Source of the DNA: Mytilus edulis
Taxonomy: Eukaryota
Direction: 5' to 3'
Assembly (NCBI RefSeq): GCF_963676685.1
Contig: NC_092354.1
Span: forward strand, 61,566,001 to 61,630,000
DNA length: 64,000 nucleotides
Position numbers and translations under genes: made by a program. The notes beneath the pieces were generated by a model. The model saw nothing but the letters and a program-made list of their open reading frames with translations. It was not told where the DNA came from and ran no database searches. Positions 37,580-49,598 of the stretch are shown here, piece after piece (position 1 is the stretch's first letter; each line of letters starts with the position of its first letter).

Positions 37580-40450
37580 TTATGTGCTATCAGATATCTA
37601 TCTCGGTTGCACAAGTATCGTTCGCCATATGCATCGAATAAATATCGGAAACAAATCTACGTGTAAAACAAGCACTTTGGTAGACACTAGCAGCTATGCG
37701 TTGATTAAATCAACAAAATTGTTGCAATATGTGAGAGCAAGATGTAATTGTACCGTCTTAAGGACTATGGTCGTCAAGGATCGTGCTTGTCAAAAGAAGG
37801 ACGGTTCAACTCGTGAATAATCGTCGAATCATCAAAATAACGCTAAAAATCCCGTTTCTGTTACCTCGCATTTACTTCTTTGAGTAACTACCCGATACCA
37901 ACTAGTTCTCATGGTTATTTACACTAGGGCTTTGCTAATATAATTGATTATTGGCAATTCAAATATGAAACGATGACCGCGCCAATACTGCGTTTGCGGC
38001 ACGACCTGCCCTCTTTCAAATTTGTGAATATTGTTTGGGATGGCATGTGTTCCTACGACGTTCCAGAGGCGAACGGAGAAAGGGATGGTTGGAATACAGT
38101 GGAATCGTTGCTTGATATATTTTGATATACAAATGAAGTCATCAGGTGTTTTGAGAGAACATGGTTGACGTTTCTTCCCCCAGGGTATAACCAGCCCAGT
38201 AGTCAACACTTCGGTGTTGACTTGAATATCAATAATGTGGTCATTTTTATAAATTTCCTGTTTACAAAATCTGAATTTTTCGAAAAACTAAGGATTTTCT
38301 TATCCCAGGCATAGATTACCTTAGCCGTATTTAGCACAACTTTTGGGAATTTTGGATCTCAATGCTCTTCACTTTTGTACTTGTTGTCTTTATAAATATT
38401 TTATATGAGCGTCATTGATGAGTCTTGAATAGACGAAATGCGCGTCTGGCGTACTAAATTATAATCCTGGTACCTATAACTAACTAACTAAGCAATTTGC
38501 AACAAGATTTTGATCGATTGACTATATATAGCTAGCCCCGGCTAAAAATCAAAAACAAATAAGTGCTCGTTCTTTTCTCTTTCTTGGACATTTTATAATT
38601 GAAGATGGCGTTGCGACGCCATTGCAAAAGTAAGACGGCATTTGACAATTGCCAAAACCGTCAGCTTTTAGCGAGTGTTCTCTTTTGTCATTTTGAAAAG
38701 TATATTGACATCATTGCGAAGATTGCGAAATGTCTGCATACATTAATAGCAAAGGGTCGAAAATTTCTCTGCACAGTTGAGTGTCAGATGGTTATCGAGA
38801 AATTAAAATTCAGGCTCCTCGGGTGCCAATACTCTTACATTAACATTTTATTAGACATGTACGAATGCAAGTTAGTACGCAATACGGATGGTATTGTCAC
38901 AGAAAATAGATAGAAATTCATCACATAGCACAGTCGTACACTTTCTTAGATTGTGCGATTGTGAAAGAGTCTCTCGTCGAATGTATTTTGTCAAGTATTT
39001 AAGGAATTTTCTGTCTAGAAAAGATGTATTGTAAGAATTGGCCAAAGCTCTTAAATGTTGATAAAAACTAATGACACAGAAGGTCGGTAAGCAAGGGATT
39101 TTAAAAAGGTTCTCAGTTGATAAAATTAAGCACACTCCTGACATCAAACAGAGATGCAGATTCGCTCTGCAGGACTTCATGTAAACGCTTTGGGAGAAGA
39201 AACAGCGAGTTAAAATCGTATCACAAGCACTTATATTTTGTATTGTCATTTGTTTTTAGTTTCACTTCAGTGTGTCTGTTTTTTCGTAGTTTTCCTCTTA
39301 AACTTAATGTGTTTCCCATGGTTTTCGTTTGTAACCCGGATTTGTTTTCTCTCAATCGATTTATGACTTTCGAACAGCGGTATACTACTGTTGCCTTTAT
39401 TTAGGGGAATGAAGTAGACTTAAATGAATAAATAAACATAAACAAATTTCTGTTGGTGCTTCATCAAGAAGATAAAAACAATTATTTCATAATACTTGAG
39501 TATTAAATATCAAGATACTTCTTTTTCGAAATATTTGGGTTTTCTAAAACTTGAAAAACGACAACGCTTCACTGTTTAAATAATGAAACAAAGGAGGCAC
39601 AGTACGCGTCATTGTGCCTTGATCGAAGGTGTTCATATTTAGAGCCGTGGCATGACAATAACATAAACAGACATTGGGACATATTGGAATACGAAAGACA
39701 GTAGTAAAATTAAAACATAGATTTTATTGGCATGGAATACGAAGTGATGTGGTGAAATGGGGTGCAACTTGCGTAAAGAAAACGTGTACGAAAACGAAAG
39801 AGATATCAAACGCAGATTCAAACGTCAAGATACACTATTGAGAGGATATCATTTTCATTCATATAACAGCTGACAAAACCGATACATAGTGGAATTGTTT
39901 CACATTGGGAATATGGAAACAACAACGGTTGCTGATATGTTAGTGATAGAAGTTATTATTTGCAGATTATTTTCACTAATAGTTCCCCATTACGTTCAAT
40001 GAGTACAGTTTGAAGGTGAATGTTTCGCGGAAATGTATAAACTTCTCCAAATCAGCAAAACCCGTACGACATTGTACCACCGGCTGAAATGTTCAATAGT
40101 GCGCTGATACAAATGATTAGCGCTTACATTGACGAGCATCACTCAAACTGCTACCAGTTCTATTCCTATTTGTCGAGGCTTACAGAAAACCTGATCATGA
40201 ACCAACCATCTGGAGCCATCAGCGTATGATGATGAGAAGAACAGTTGCAACTCTTGTCGATATTATAAACGAACCTCAATGGTGCGCAACCCCCTAAGCT
40301 TACGAGTTATTGGTAGGGTTCCTACAAAAACAATATTCAGATATAACTTGTCTAGAACTTCATGTTATACAAAGAAAAAGCCGACAGCAGATTATTTACG
40401 TTGAAGGAAGGAAAAAATGCAATGACCAACATTTTTAAGGTGAGTAATTA
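37580..40450 (+). pseudogene. Ty3/Gypsy RT-RNase H-integrase remnant
   Basis: Motifs LGCTSIVRH..INIG, KKDGSTR, FGMACVPTTFQR...GIQWNRCLIYFD, FILD-like RNase H start, and integrase KTRTTLYH...FNSALIQMISAYIDEHH...AYR..HEPT. Heavily frameshifted and interrupted by retrozyme-type repeats. Confidence 0.75.
38153..38478 (+). mobile_element. Monomeric retrozyme-type repeat with a mutated hammerhead
   Basis: Reverse-orientation relative of the 45834-46624 unit. GCGTCA-TTGATGA-GTCT..AGAC-GAAA-TGCGCGTC-TGGCGT at about 38409-38452. Confidence 0.7.
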
Positions 40451-40686
40451 CAAGGGTAATTTAGTAAGTACTTGCAAAAACGGGGGTTCAGTTGTTTTGT
40501 TTTAGATTAATAATGTTACGAAACGCTTATGTACATGTATAGTTATCAAAGGTACCAGGATTATAATTTAGTACGCCAGACGCGCGTTTCGTCTACATAA
40601 GACTCATCAATATATATAAGATCCTGTAAATTTGTAATTTTATACATACATGTATATAATTACGTACTTTTCTGTTCTAATTGCAG

Positions 40687-41397
40687 ATGGCAAACACGAT
40701 AGATACACAATGGAGATGTCCAGTATGCCGAATTAGATGTGAATGTGAGAACGACTTAGACAAACACGTTAAAGACTTTGCCACCAGCAGAAGGGGTGCC
40801 TCAAAATGTAAAAGTTGGATGCATCAGAATCCATTAGCGACGGTAAAGGAGACAGACAGGGAATGGGAAAAGCAACATAAAGGGTATCTGTCGGATAATA
40901 TAGGAGATATTTCAAAAACGAAGACCAGTAAAATGCTGACCACCGTGAAGTCAGCATCAAGTTTTTCTCGACAAATCAACTCTGGGAGGAAGAACCCTTC
41001 CCCAGCACCAGTAATACATTCAACAAATAATTATTTTCTGAAGAGTAGTAGGTGGCCATGGTCTGAGGAGATAGACCACATGTCATTTGATTTTACAAGA
41101 ATTCCAAAGATCAATGCAGCTATTGAGGCACCACCATTATCCAACACGGTCTTAATTCCAAAGATGATTAAATCGTACTCGGAAAAGTCTTTCATCGCGA
41201 AGCCTGCACCACTATTGTTTTCTTCCCAACCCATGGACGTTGCTCGCATCACAGCAACTACGACAGGAACAATTCCTTTACAAACACAAGGAGCTGCACC
41301 AGCAGGGACCACTGGGTTATCAATAGTTGAGAGACGAGTCGAAAGAAGATATAGGGAAAATGGCAAGGATGTTACAGAAACAGATATTTGGAAATAG
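40687..41397 (+). CDS. Open 236-aa ORF with an N-terminal CxxC...H zinc-finger-like motif, probably a Gypsy accessory 3' ORF
   Basis: ATG directly follows an acceptor-like TTTTCTGTTCTAATTGCAG. Motif WRCPVCRIRCECENDLDKH, an S/T/P-rich middle and a charged C-terminus. It lies just 3' of the Gypsy integrase remnant on the same strand. Confidence 0.5.
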   Translation: MANTIDTQWRCPVCRIRCECENDLDKHVKDFATSRRGASKCKSWMHQNPLATVKETDREWEKQHKGYLSDNIGDISKTKTSKMLTTVKSASSFSRQINSGRKNPSPAPVIHSTNNYFLKSSRWPWSEEIDHMSFDFTRIPKINAAIEAPPLSNTVLIPKMIKSYSEKSFIAKPAPLLFSSQPMDVARITATTTGTIPLQTQGAAPAGTTGLSIVERRVERRYRENGKDVTETDIWK

Positions 41398-42521
41398 TTT
41401 AGGAAACAGACACCATTTACAAAAAATCTTAGTGTCGAGTAGGCTATCATGACATTATTCATTCTTTTATGGATATAAAATAGTCGTCATAAATTTCGTG
41501 CGTCAAAGTAAAATATCTCATCAAAATACATGAATAGTTGTGTCCAGTGATCAAAAAATATATTTTGATTTGTTTTGAATAATTATATCGTTATTGTCTT
41601 GTCATCTGAAATGTTCAAGTCTTTATTAATCTGTATAGATTGTTTGGTATTAGTGTTAAATATATTTGGTTTTCGTATGTTATGAATAATTCTATTGTAA
41701 ATATGCTATTACTCGGATTATATCTTCAGAAGTAGATTTGTGTTATCCAGTGGTAGACTTTATGTTGTTTTATAAGGTTGCCAATATATTTTATTTGTAA
41801 TCGTCCTTCCACTTTCTAACCACAATAAGTAGTCATTTGTTTGTTTGGTTATACATGTATGTCTATTTTTTGTACATTTGAATGTTCTACCGGAAAAAAA
41901 AGTAAAATCACAAAAATACTGAACTTAGAGGAAGATCAATTGGGAAAGTCCATAATCACATGGCAAAATCAAATAACAAAACGCATCAAAAACGAATGGA
42001 CAAAAACTGTCATATTCCTGACTTGGTACAGGCATTTTCAAATGTAGAAAATGGTGGATTAAACCTGGTTCTATAGCGGCAACCCTCTCACTTTAATGAC
42101 AGTCTCATCAATTTCCGATATTTTTACATTGATGCGTTAAATAAACAGACACAATAAATATAATAGTCAAAATATGGGTACATCAGTCATCATCGTTTAA
42201 CAATTTTAAAAAGAACAATTTAACAGAACACAAAAACATCTACTATCTACGAACACATTTATATATTTGAGTGTCTGACGTCAGAAAATTTTATACGTCA
42301 CATAAATTTGTCGTTCAATGTACGTACAAACAATTTAATTTTTTTTCCCCATGGGAATGTTAGCATACAGGGTTAAAAAATCAAAAGTATGTAAGAATAA
42401 ATTTAAGAAATAGACCGGAATTATCATACTCCGTTACTATTTTAGAATTAAGCTTGTATGGATTTTTTTATAATTCGAAGATAACTATTCTCTAGCATTG
42501 TAATTTGTGTATGAATGTTTA

Positions 42522-42998
42522 CAGCTCTTGGACGGTGTAAACTTCCCAAAAAAACGTGTATGGTGTAATGGTGTATGGCATAATTATGCTGCAATGGTGT
42601 AAGGTGTATGGTTCTATGGTGTATGGTGTAAGGGGAATGGTGTAATGGTGTATGAGGAATGGTGTGATTTTGTAACGTGCGATCGGGAATGGTGTGAATG
42701 ATCATGAACGGTGTACAACATTTCATTGGTTGAAAACGAAGTTCTTTTTATTTTAATTTTTCGGATTGTGAACATAAACAATAAAAATAATCTCAATATT
42801 TGAAATTTAATTGCATTATGGGTAATTTCGGATGGTGTAGATAGAATGGGGTATGGTGTATGGTGTAATGTGTAAGGTGTATGGTGCAAAGGTGTAACGT
42901 GTATGGTGTAATGGTACAAGGTGTATGGTGTAATGGTGTATGGTATATGGTGTAATGGTGTATGGTGTTAGTGGGAAGTTTACCCCATCCGAGGACTG
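42522..42998 (-). mobile_element. Tc1/mariner-type MITE, copy 2 (inverted relative to 23845-24311)
   Basis: Near-identical reverse complement with two small insertions, and a TA TSD at 42520-42521 and 42999-43000. Confidence 0.85.
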
Positions 42999-44159
42999 TA
43001 CATTAATGCAATGAAATTAAACAAGATTTTTGAGATTTAAGATCACATGTCAAATGTTATCCTTCTGAGATACTGTCATCATTTAGCGTCCACCGTCCAA
43101 TATTTCCGTCATTAACTGTTTATAAAAGAAGAATTCCTCGGCAAGAAGAAAATGTTTAAGAAAAAGATAATCGAAAAATCTGTACGATCCAAGACGAATA
43201 CATAAGTTTAAATTCATTTGTAGAAAAAAATATGAAAATGTCAAGGCCTATTTCAGCCTTTATGTTTAATACTTAATGGCCGTTTCCTTTCAAAATTCTA
43301 GTTTTATTGCATTAACATATCAGTTGGTGTATATTGGTATTTTTTTCTCTCTATAGTCTTGATAGTGTTGTTCTCCTGATCTTTTTGGGGTTCCAATACG
43401 TCGATGATCCTATAACTGTATTCATTCGATATTTCAATTTTTGTAACCCAGATTTTTCACCAGTACTCATTTCACAGTTTTACAGCAACAATATTCATAA
43501 TCGCTCATGGTAATTGGAGTCGCATGGGCAATATCATGGTCGCATACTAGCCAATAGTGTATAATATAGTTGGTTCAATCAACAGCCGTGAAACCAGACT
43601 ATTTGATATCACGCTGCTGTAAGGGCAGACTTTTGTGTTCAAAGCCAGAAAAGACCATTTCAGAGTTTGAGCTAGCATATATGAAATCCGACTTGATGCC
43701 AGGATATCTTCATATTTTAAAGACACGAGTGTCGAATATGCAAAGTAATGTGAAAATTTGTTCACACTATTCGTGATATCTTTTGCTGATGATACATATC
43801 TTTTATTGTAGCACATTTGTAGCTAGTAAACATTTCAATTCAGATCACAAAACAATCTAAATTTATGAACAGTATCATTTACAGAAAATAAATCATATAC
43901 AATAAACTGCTGAACAAAGTATCCAACTCAGATCATTTTATATATACCACATCAGTTAGCAAAAGCAGATTAAGATTCGAGTACAAAAAATAAAAACAAG
44001 TATTCTCAAGTATTCTCAAGTGAACTGCATTTTCAATACATTTTTTAGACAAGCGTAACTTCAGATCTTTCTGATTGAGAGGTGTCCTGTAGTACGACGC
44101 TAGATTAAAACTGACGTGGAAAGGTAACACTCGGCCTACGAAAGCTTTATTTTTATGAA

Positions 44160-44512
44160 GCCCAGGTGGTCGTGTGGTCTAGCGGGACGGCTACAGTACA
44201 GGCGATTTGGTGTCACGATATCTCAGTAGCATGGGTTCGAATCCCGGCGAGGGAAGAACAAATTTCGCAAATTTACAGATCTAACATTGTTGGTCTGATG
44301 TTTAGACGAGTTATATATATATCCCGCTAGACCACACTAGCCCAGGTAGTCGTGTGGTCTAGCGGGACGGCTGCAGTGCAGGCGATTTGGTGTCACGACA
44401 TCACAGTAGCATGGGTTCGAATCCCGGCGAGGGAAGAACCAAAAATTTGCGAAAGCAAATTTACAGATCTAACATTGTTGGGTTGATGTTTAGACGAGTT
44501 GTATATATATAT
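44160..44512 (+). mobile_element. Two tandem tRNA-like (Pol III A/B box) SINE-type units ending in (TA)n
   Basis: GCCCAGGT(G/A)GTCGTGTGGTCTAGCGGGAC...GGTTCGAATCCCGGC at 44160 and 44340, each followed by ...TTTAGACGAGTT(AT)n. Confidence 0.7.
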
Positions 44513-44975
44513 ACTATGTACCGGATCGTCTAGAATAGGCGATACTATGCAGATAAGGAAAAAAATATATCAGTCTAAAGATTTGCACAAGTTGTGACAC
44601 TTGAAGAAGGCCATTTGTTGAGCCGAAATATTTGTCAGCACGATTTAATAACAACATTTTCGTATTATAACATCTTATATCAGTACCGTTGTGCAAATCT
44701 TTAGACTGATATATAAATATATAAAAGTCTATAAAAACGACCAACCAGCAAATTTACTATGTACCGGATCGTCTAGAATAGGCGATACTATGCAGATAAG
44801 GAAAAAATTATATCAGTCTAAAGATTTGCACAAGTTGTGACACTTGAAGAAGGCCATTTGTTGAGCCGAAATATTTGTCAGCACGATTTAATAACAACAT
44901 TTTCGTATTATAACATCTTATATCAGTACCGTTGTGCAAATCTTTAGACTGATATATAAATATATATATATATAT
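44513..44975 (+). repeat. 243-bp identical tandem duplication carrying a minimal Penelope-type hammerhead variant (pLTR/retrozyme-like)
   Basis: The unit starts TACTATGTACCGGATCG at 44513 and 44756. Each unit has UGACA-CUUGAAGA-AGGC..GCC-GAAAUAUU-UGUCA (44595-44637 and 44838-44880). The array is flanked by (TA)n. Confidence 0.7.
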
Positions 44976-45833
44976 GACCCATTATTTATCGACACCACCA
45001 CCTTTTGTGTTCACTGTCGTCCGTAATCCGTAAATCATTTCCCTTTCATCCTCTTCACATAACCTATTTTGGTCAGTTTTATTAAAACTAGACTGTGTGA
45101 TGAACAGATGTTAAAATACAGCATCATCATTTATGTTTTTATAACGGTATCATTAACAACTGTACAAAAAATGGGATGTTTAGCTAGCTTTAAAACACTT
45201 TTTTTAAGGTGCCTGTTCCATATAACATGTATAAGGAATATTGCAGTCATTTTTCACTTATTTCGTTGATTGTAAGCGTTTGATTTTGTAATTTTATAAG
45301 GACTTCCCCATTTTGAATTTGCCTTTGAGTTCAGTATTTTGTAATAGTTTTTTATTTATCTGTTACACAAATGGATTACATGTATTAAATACATACGCTA
45401 TGAATTATGGGAAGGAGGTTTTCTTCGAAACACCATCATTCGATTTCATGAATAACATGACTGTGCAGGCTTTTTTTATTAGAAGGGATTTTAAAACAAT
45501 TTTAAAGCCATATAAAAAGTGATATTGAACCAAGATGTTCATGTGGCTGTTACAAAACGAACACCTGTGATCCTGATAAAAAATACTAGCTAGTATCTCC
45601 TTATTTCCACCAGTCCATGTCTTACTTTGAACGAGCTTTACAAAATAGCTACTTGTTATGTTGTTCTATATCTTTCAACGAAAGAACATTTTTTGACCTG
45701 TTTGAGCTACAATTTTATTTTGAATATAAAAAATACTCTTAAAGATGTACTTCTGTGTAATAATTACATGGATAACTGGAGGTATTCATTTTATCGTCCA
45801 GACTGTATAATAAATCAAAACATATCATTGTAA

Positions 45834-46624
45834 ATAAACTCATCAAAGACACCAGGGAAAAAAATAATATTTACGCCAGACGCGCGTTTCGTCTACAAAA
45901 GACTCATCAGTGACGCTCGAATCAAAAATGTTATAAAAGGCAAAATAAAGTACGAATTCGAAGAGCATTGAGGACCAAAAATTTCTAAAAGTTTTGCCAA
46001 ATACAGCTAAGGTAATCTATTCCTGAGGTAGAAAAGCCTTATTTTTTTCAAAAATTCAAGTTATGTTAACAGTTAATTTATAATTATGAACATATCAATG
46101 ATAACTCAAGTCAACACAGAAGTGCTGACTACCGGGCTGGTGATACCCTCGGGGAAATAAATCTCCACCAGCAGTGGAATCGACCCAGTGGTTGCAAATA
46201 AACTCATCATAGATACCAGGAATAAAATTTAATATTTACGTCAGACGCGCATTTCGTCTACAAAAGACTCATCAGTGACGCTCGAATTAAAAATGGTATA
46301 AAAGGCAAAATAAAGAACGATGTTGAAGAGCATTGAGGACCAAAAATTCCTAAAAGTTTTGCCAAATACAGCTACGGTAATCTATTCCTGAGGTTAAAAA
46401 GCCTTAGTTTTTCAAAAATTCAAGTTTTTTTAACAGTTAATTTATAATTATAAACATATCAACGATAACTTAAGTCAAAACAGAAGTGCTGACTACTGGG
46501 CGGGTGATACCGTCGGGGAAATAAATCTCCACCAGAAGTGGTACGACCCAGTGGTTGCAAATGTACTCATCATAGATACCAGGAATAAAATTTAATATTT
46601 ACGCCAGACGCTCGTTTCGTCTAC
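45834..46624 (-). mobile_element. Tandem non-LTR retrozyme array (about 365-bp monomer, about 2.2 copies) with type I hammerheads
   Basis: The minus strand reads GCGUCA-CUGAUGA-GUCU-UUUGU-AGAC-GAAA-CGCGCGUC-UGGCGU at 45873-45916 and again at 46238-46281 (one C>U change). A partial third motif is at 46601-46624. Related monomers or fragments occur at 38409, 40573, 46944 (+ strand, GGAA variant) and 63038. Confidence 0.9.
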
Positions 46625-48982
46625 GTAAAAGACATTTTCTAATATTTAAACAAACGTTAATTTGCAAACTTTTCTGAGTTTTGTATTCTAGTTATTTATC
46701 CTGTTAATCAATTAAATAGTCAAAGACACCAGCCTTTTAATTTGGCACGACAAACTCGCGTTTTGTCTACCTAAGACTCAGTATTAAAAGAAGAGATGTG
46801 ATATGATTGCCAATGAAACAAATATTCACCAAAGTTCAAATGTAGAGGATGTAAGTAATTATAGGCAATACACTCATATAAATTACTATGCTCTTCAACT
46901 TCGTACTTTATTTGGCCTTTTTAACAATTTGTTTTATTCGAGCGACGTTACTGATGAGTCTTTCGTAGACGGAACGCGCGTCTGGCGTAAATGTAAAAAT
47001 GTAATCCTGGTATCTATGATGAGTTTATTTACTACGCAGTTTAAGAGTATACATTACAGAAAAAATCGAATTTTGTGCAAAATACGGCTAGGGAAATATG
47101 TATCTTGTAGTAAATAAACAAACAACCCCAGTGTCGTTCACTGTAATTTTACACAGAAAATGAACATTTCATTTATATTTCATGTCTAAACAAAATTGCC
47201 GACTATTAAGCTGGCGATACCCTTGTGGACGAAGTGTTTACTAGTATTGGCTGTGTTCCAAAGATTTAAAAATGGATAAAAGATACTTGGGTTGTTATTG
47301 TGATGTCTTATTGATCTGACATCAAAATATTTTTTACATTTCCGCTGTTTATATCCGACATGGTATCTTATCTTATCTTACCTTTTTCAGAAAGATTATT
47401 ATAATTCATTTTTTGTAACTCACGATGGCGTAACAAAATCAAGAGATACAAATAAACCACTAGACAATAGAACCCGACAAATTCAATCATAAACTTACAG
47501 ACACCTACATACATTTAAGACTGTTACAAATAATCATGGTTTCCGTTTACTTTTACATACTAGTAATTGAATTTACTATTTCAAAAGGTAGTACTTAACC
47601 CACTCGTAATATTTTTAGAGAATAGTTGATACCCATTGTTATCTGCAACATAGTCCAGTAAACCGAGAAGTTATATAAATAGCTTTAAACATATGTCATG
47701 TTAGTATTTGTTTATTTTTGACACTAAAACAAATAAGAGGGAGTCAAACGGTTTGTGTTGATACCGGTCAGCAAAGCAATTATGATTGTGATGCTGATAT
47801 GACGTAAATTCCAAACGGACGAGCTCAGGAATGAAATTGAAAATTCTTCTAAATTTACGTATGTGCGCTCATATGATAAGCAGTTATTTCATTACACACA
47901 GCTTTACGTTTCTGAAATTTGAAGGTCCCTACTTTGTATTGGTCATCTAAACTACACAAATACCCATTTCATCTCGGTATTCACTACGTTTTCTATAACT
48001 AGTTCAAAATACTGAACTAATTCCTTCACTTCTATCAAATTACTTATTATTGGTTGCTGTAATAGAGCATATGCAAATAGTTGAATTAACTTTTGTAAGT
48101 GTAAAAAATCTTTGGATGTTTTAGATGAAGAGCTTTTTTTAATGAGAAAGGTAAACTTGCTATATATACTTGAGATATGATGAGATGATTGAAACTGTTA
48201 CGTTATCCCTGACAACATTCATGTACCTTTAGTGATGACGTTTATTGATAAGTTTCGCCCATTTAATCACAGTCTTGTTATCGTAATGTTATGAATCACA
48301 ATGCATGTAAAACCTAATAAAGAGTCTTTATAGCATATAATTGGTAAAATCAACAATACTTATAATGTTTCGTTAAAAAATCATGAATTTTCTATATAAA
48401 CTGCCAACATTTACCCAAAAAAATATGGATGGGACTTGTTTTGATAGCGTCAATTCGATCCAAACGAGATATTATTGTTTATACATATATGCATTCATGG
48501 TCCTATAATCTGTCGATATCTGTGATTTTAAATTGCACAAAATCGTGTTTTCTCTAAATTTTAATGAGGTCGTAATACTTAATCCATTGAATGTAAGATG
48601 CATAATTGTGTTTTAAGTTTGTGTTTTTTTTTGGCCTTGAAATAGCTGTCAGTAACTGCAAGTAGTCTTTGATCTGTAATATTTGATTAGTTATTGTTTG
48701 TTGTTGTTGGGATGTATAAGAACCCTTTCATGTCAGGTCTTTGTTTTTGTAAACCGGTTTTTGATTTTGTTACTTGTTGTTCTGCTTTTTTAATGTGATG
48801 AATTAAGCAAATTTAAACCGATTTTCAGAACCTTGAACGTTTTATGCACAAATATCGAGTCAATTCGCTAAGCAATACAAATTCACAATCTGAAAACAGT
48901 TCTATTCGAGTATAGGTCATATTGGGTACTTAGAAGACAGACAAAACAGATGTTAGACCTAAATCGAAGACAAGGTACTAAT

Positions 48983-49598
48983 TATTATATGCAGTGCTCA
49001 CAACATTATATGCAGTGCTCATAGCATTATATGCAGTGCTCACAACATTATATGCAGTGCTCACAACATTATATTAAGTGCTTACAACATTATATTCAGT
49101 GCTCACACCATTATACACAGTGCTCATAACATTATATTAAGTGCTCACAACATTAAATTAAGTGCTCACAACGTTATATTAAGAGTTCACAACATTATAT
49201 TAAGTCCTCACAACATTATACGCAGTGGTCCAAACATTATATGCAGTGCTCACAACATTATACACAGTGGTCCAAACATTATATGCAGTGCTCACAACAT
49301 AATATGCAGTGCTCACAGCATTATATGCAGTGCTCACAACATTATATGCAGTGCTCAACAACATTATATTAAGTGCTTACAACATTATATTCAGTGCTCA
49401 CACCATTATACACAGTGCTCACAACATTATATTAAGTGCTCACAACATTATATTAAGTGCTCACAACAATATATTAAGGTTCACAACATTATACGCAGTG
49501 GTCCAAACATTATATTCAGTGGTCACAACATTATATGAAGTGGTCAAAACATTATATGAAGTGCTCACAACATTATATGAAGTGGTCACAACATTTTA
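48983..49598. repeat. 21-bp minisatellite, about 29 copies
   Basis: Unit CACAACATTATATGCAGTGCT with TTAAGTG/ACGCAGTGGTC variants. Confidence 0.95.

Noticed and set aside
44160-44430. Functional tRNA genes
   Set aside because: A and B boxes are present but I cannot fold a proper acceptor stem and anticodon arm. The units have a shared non-tRNA tail ending in (TA)n, as in SINEs.
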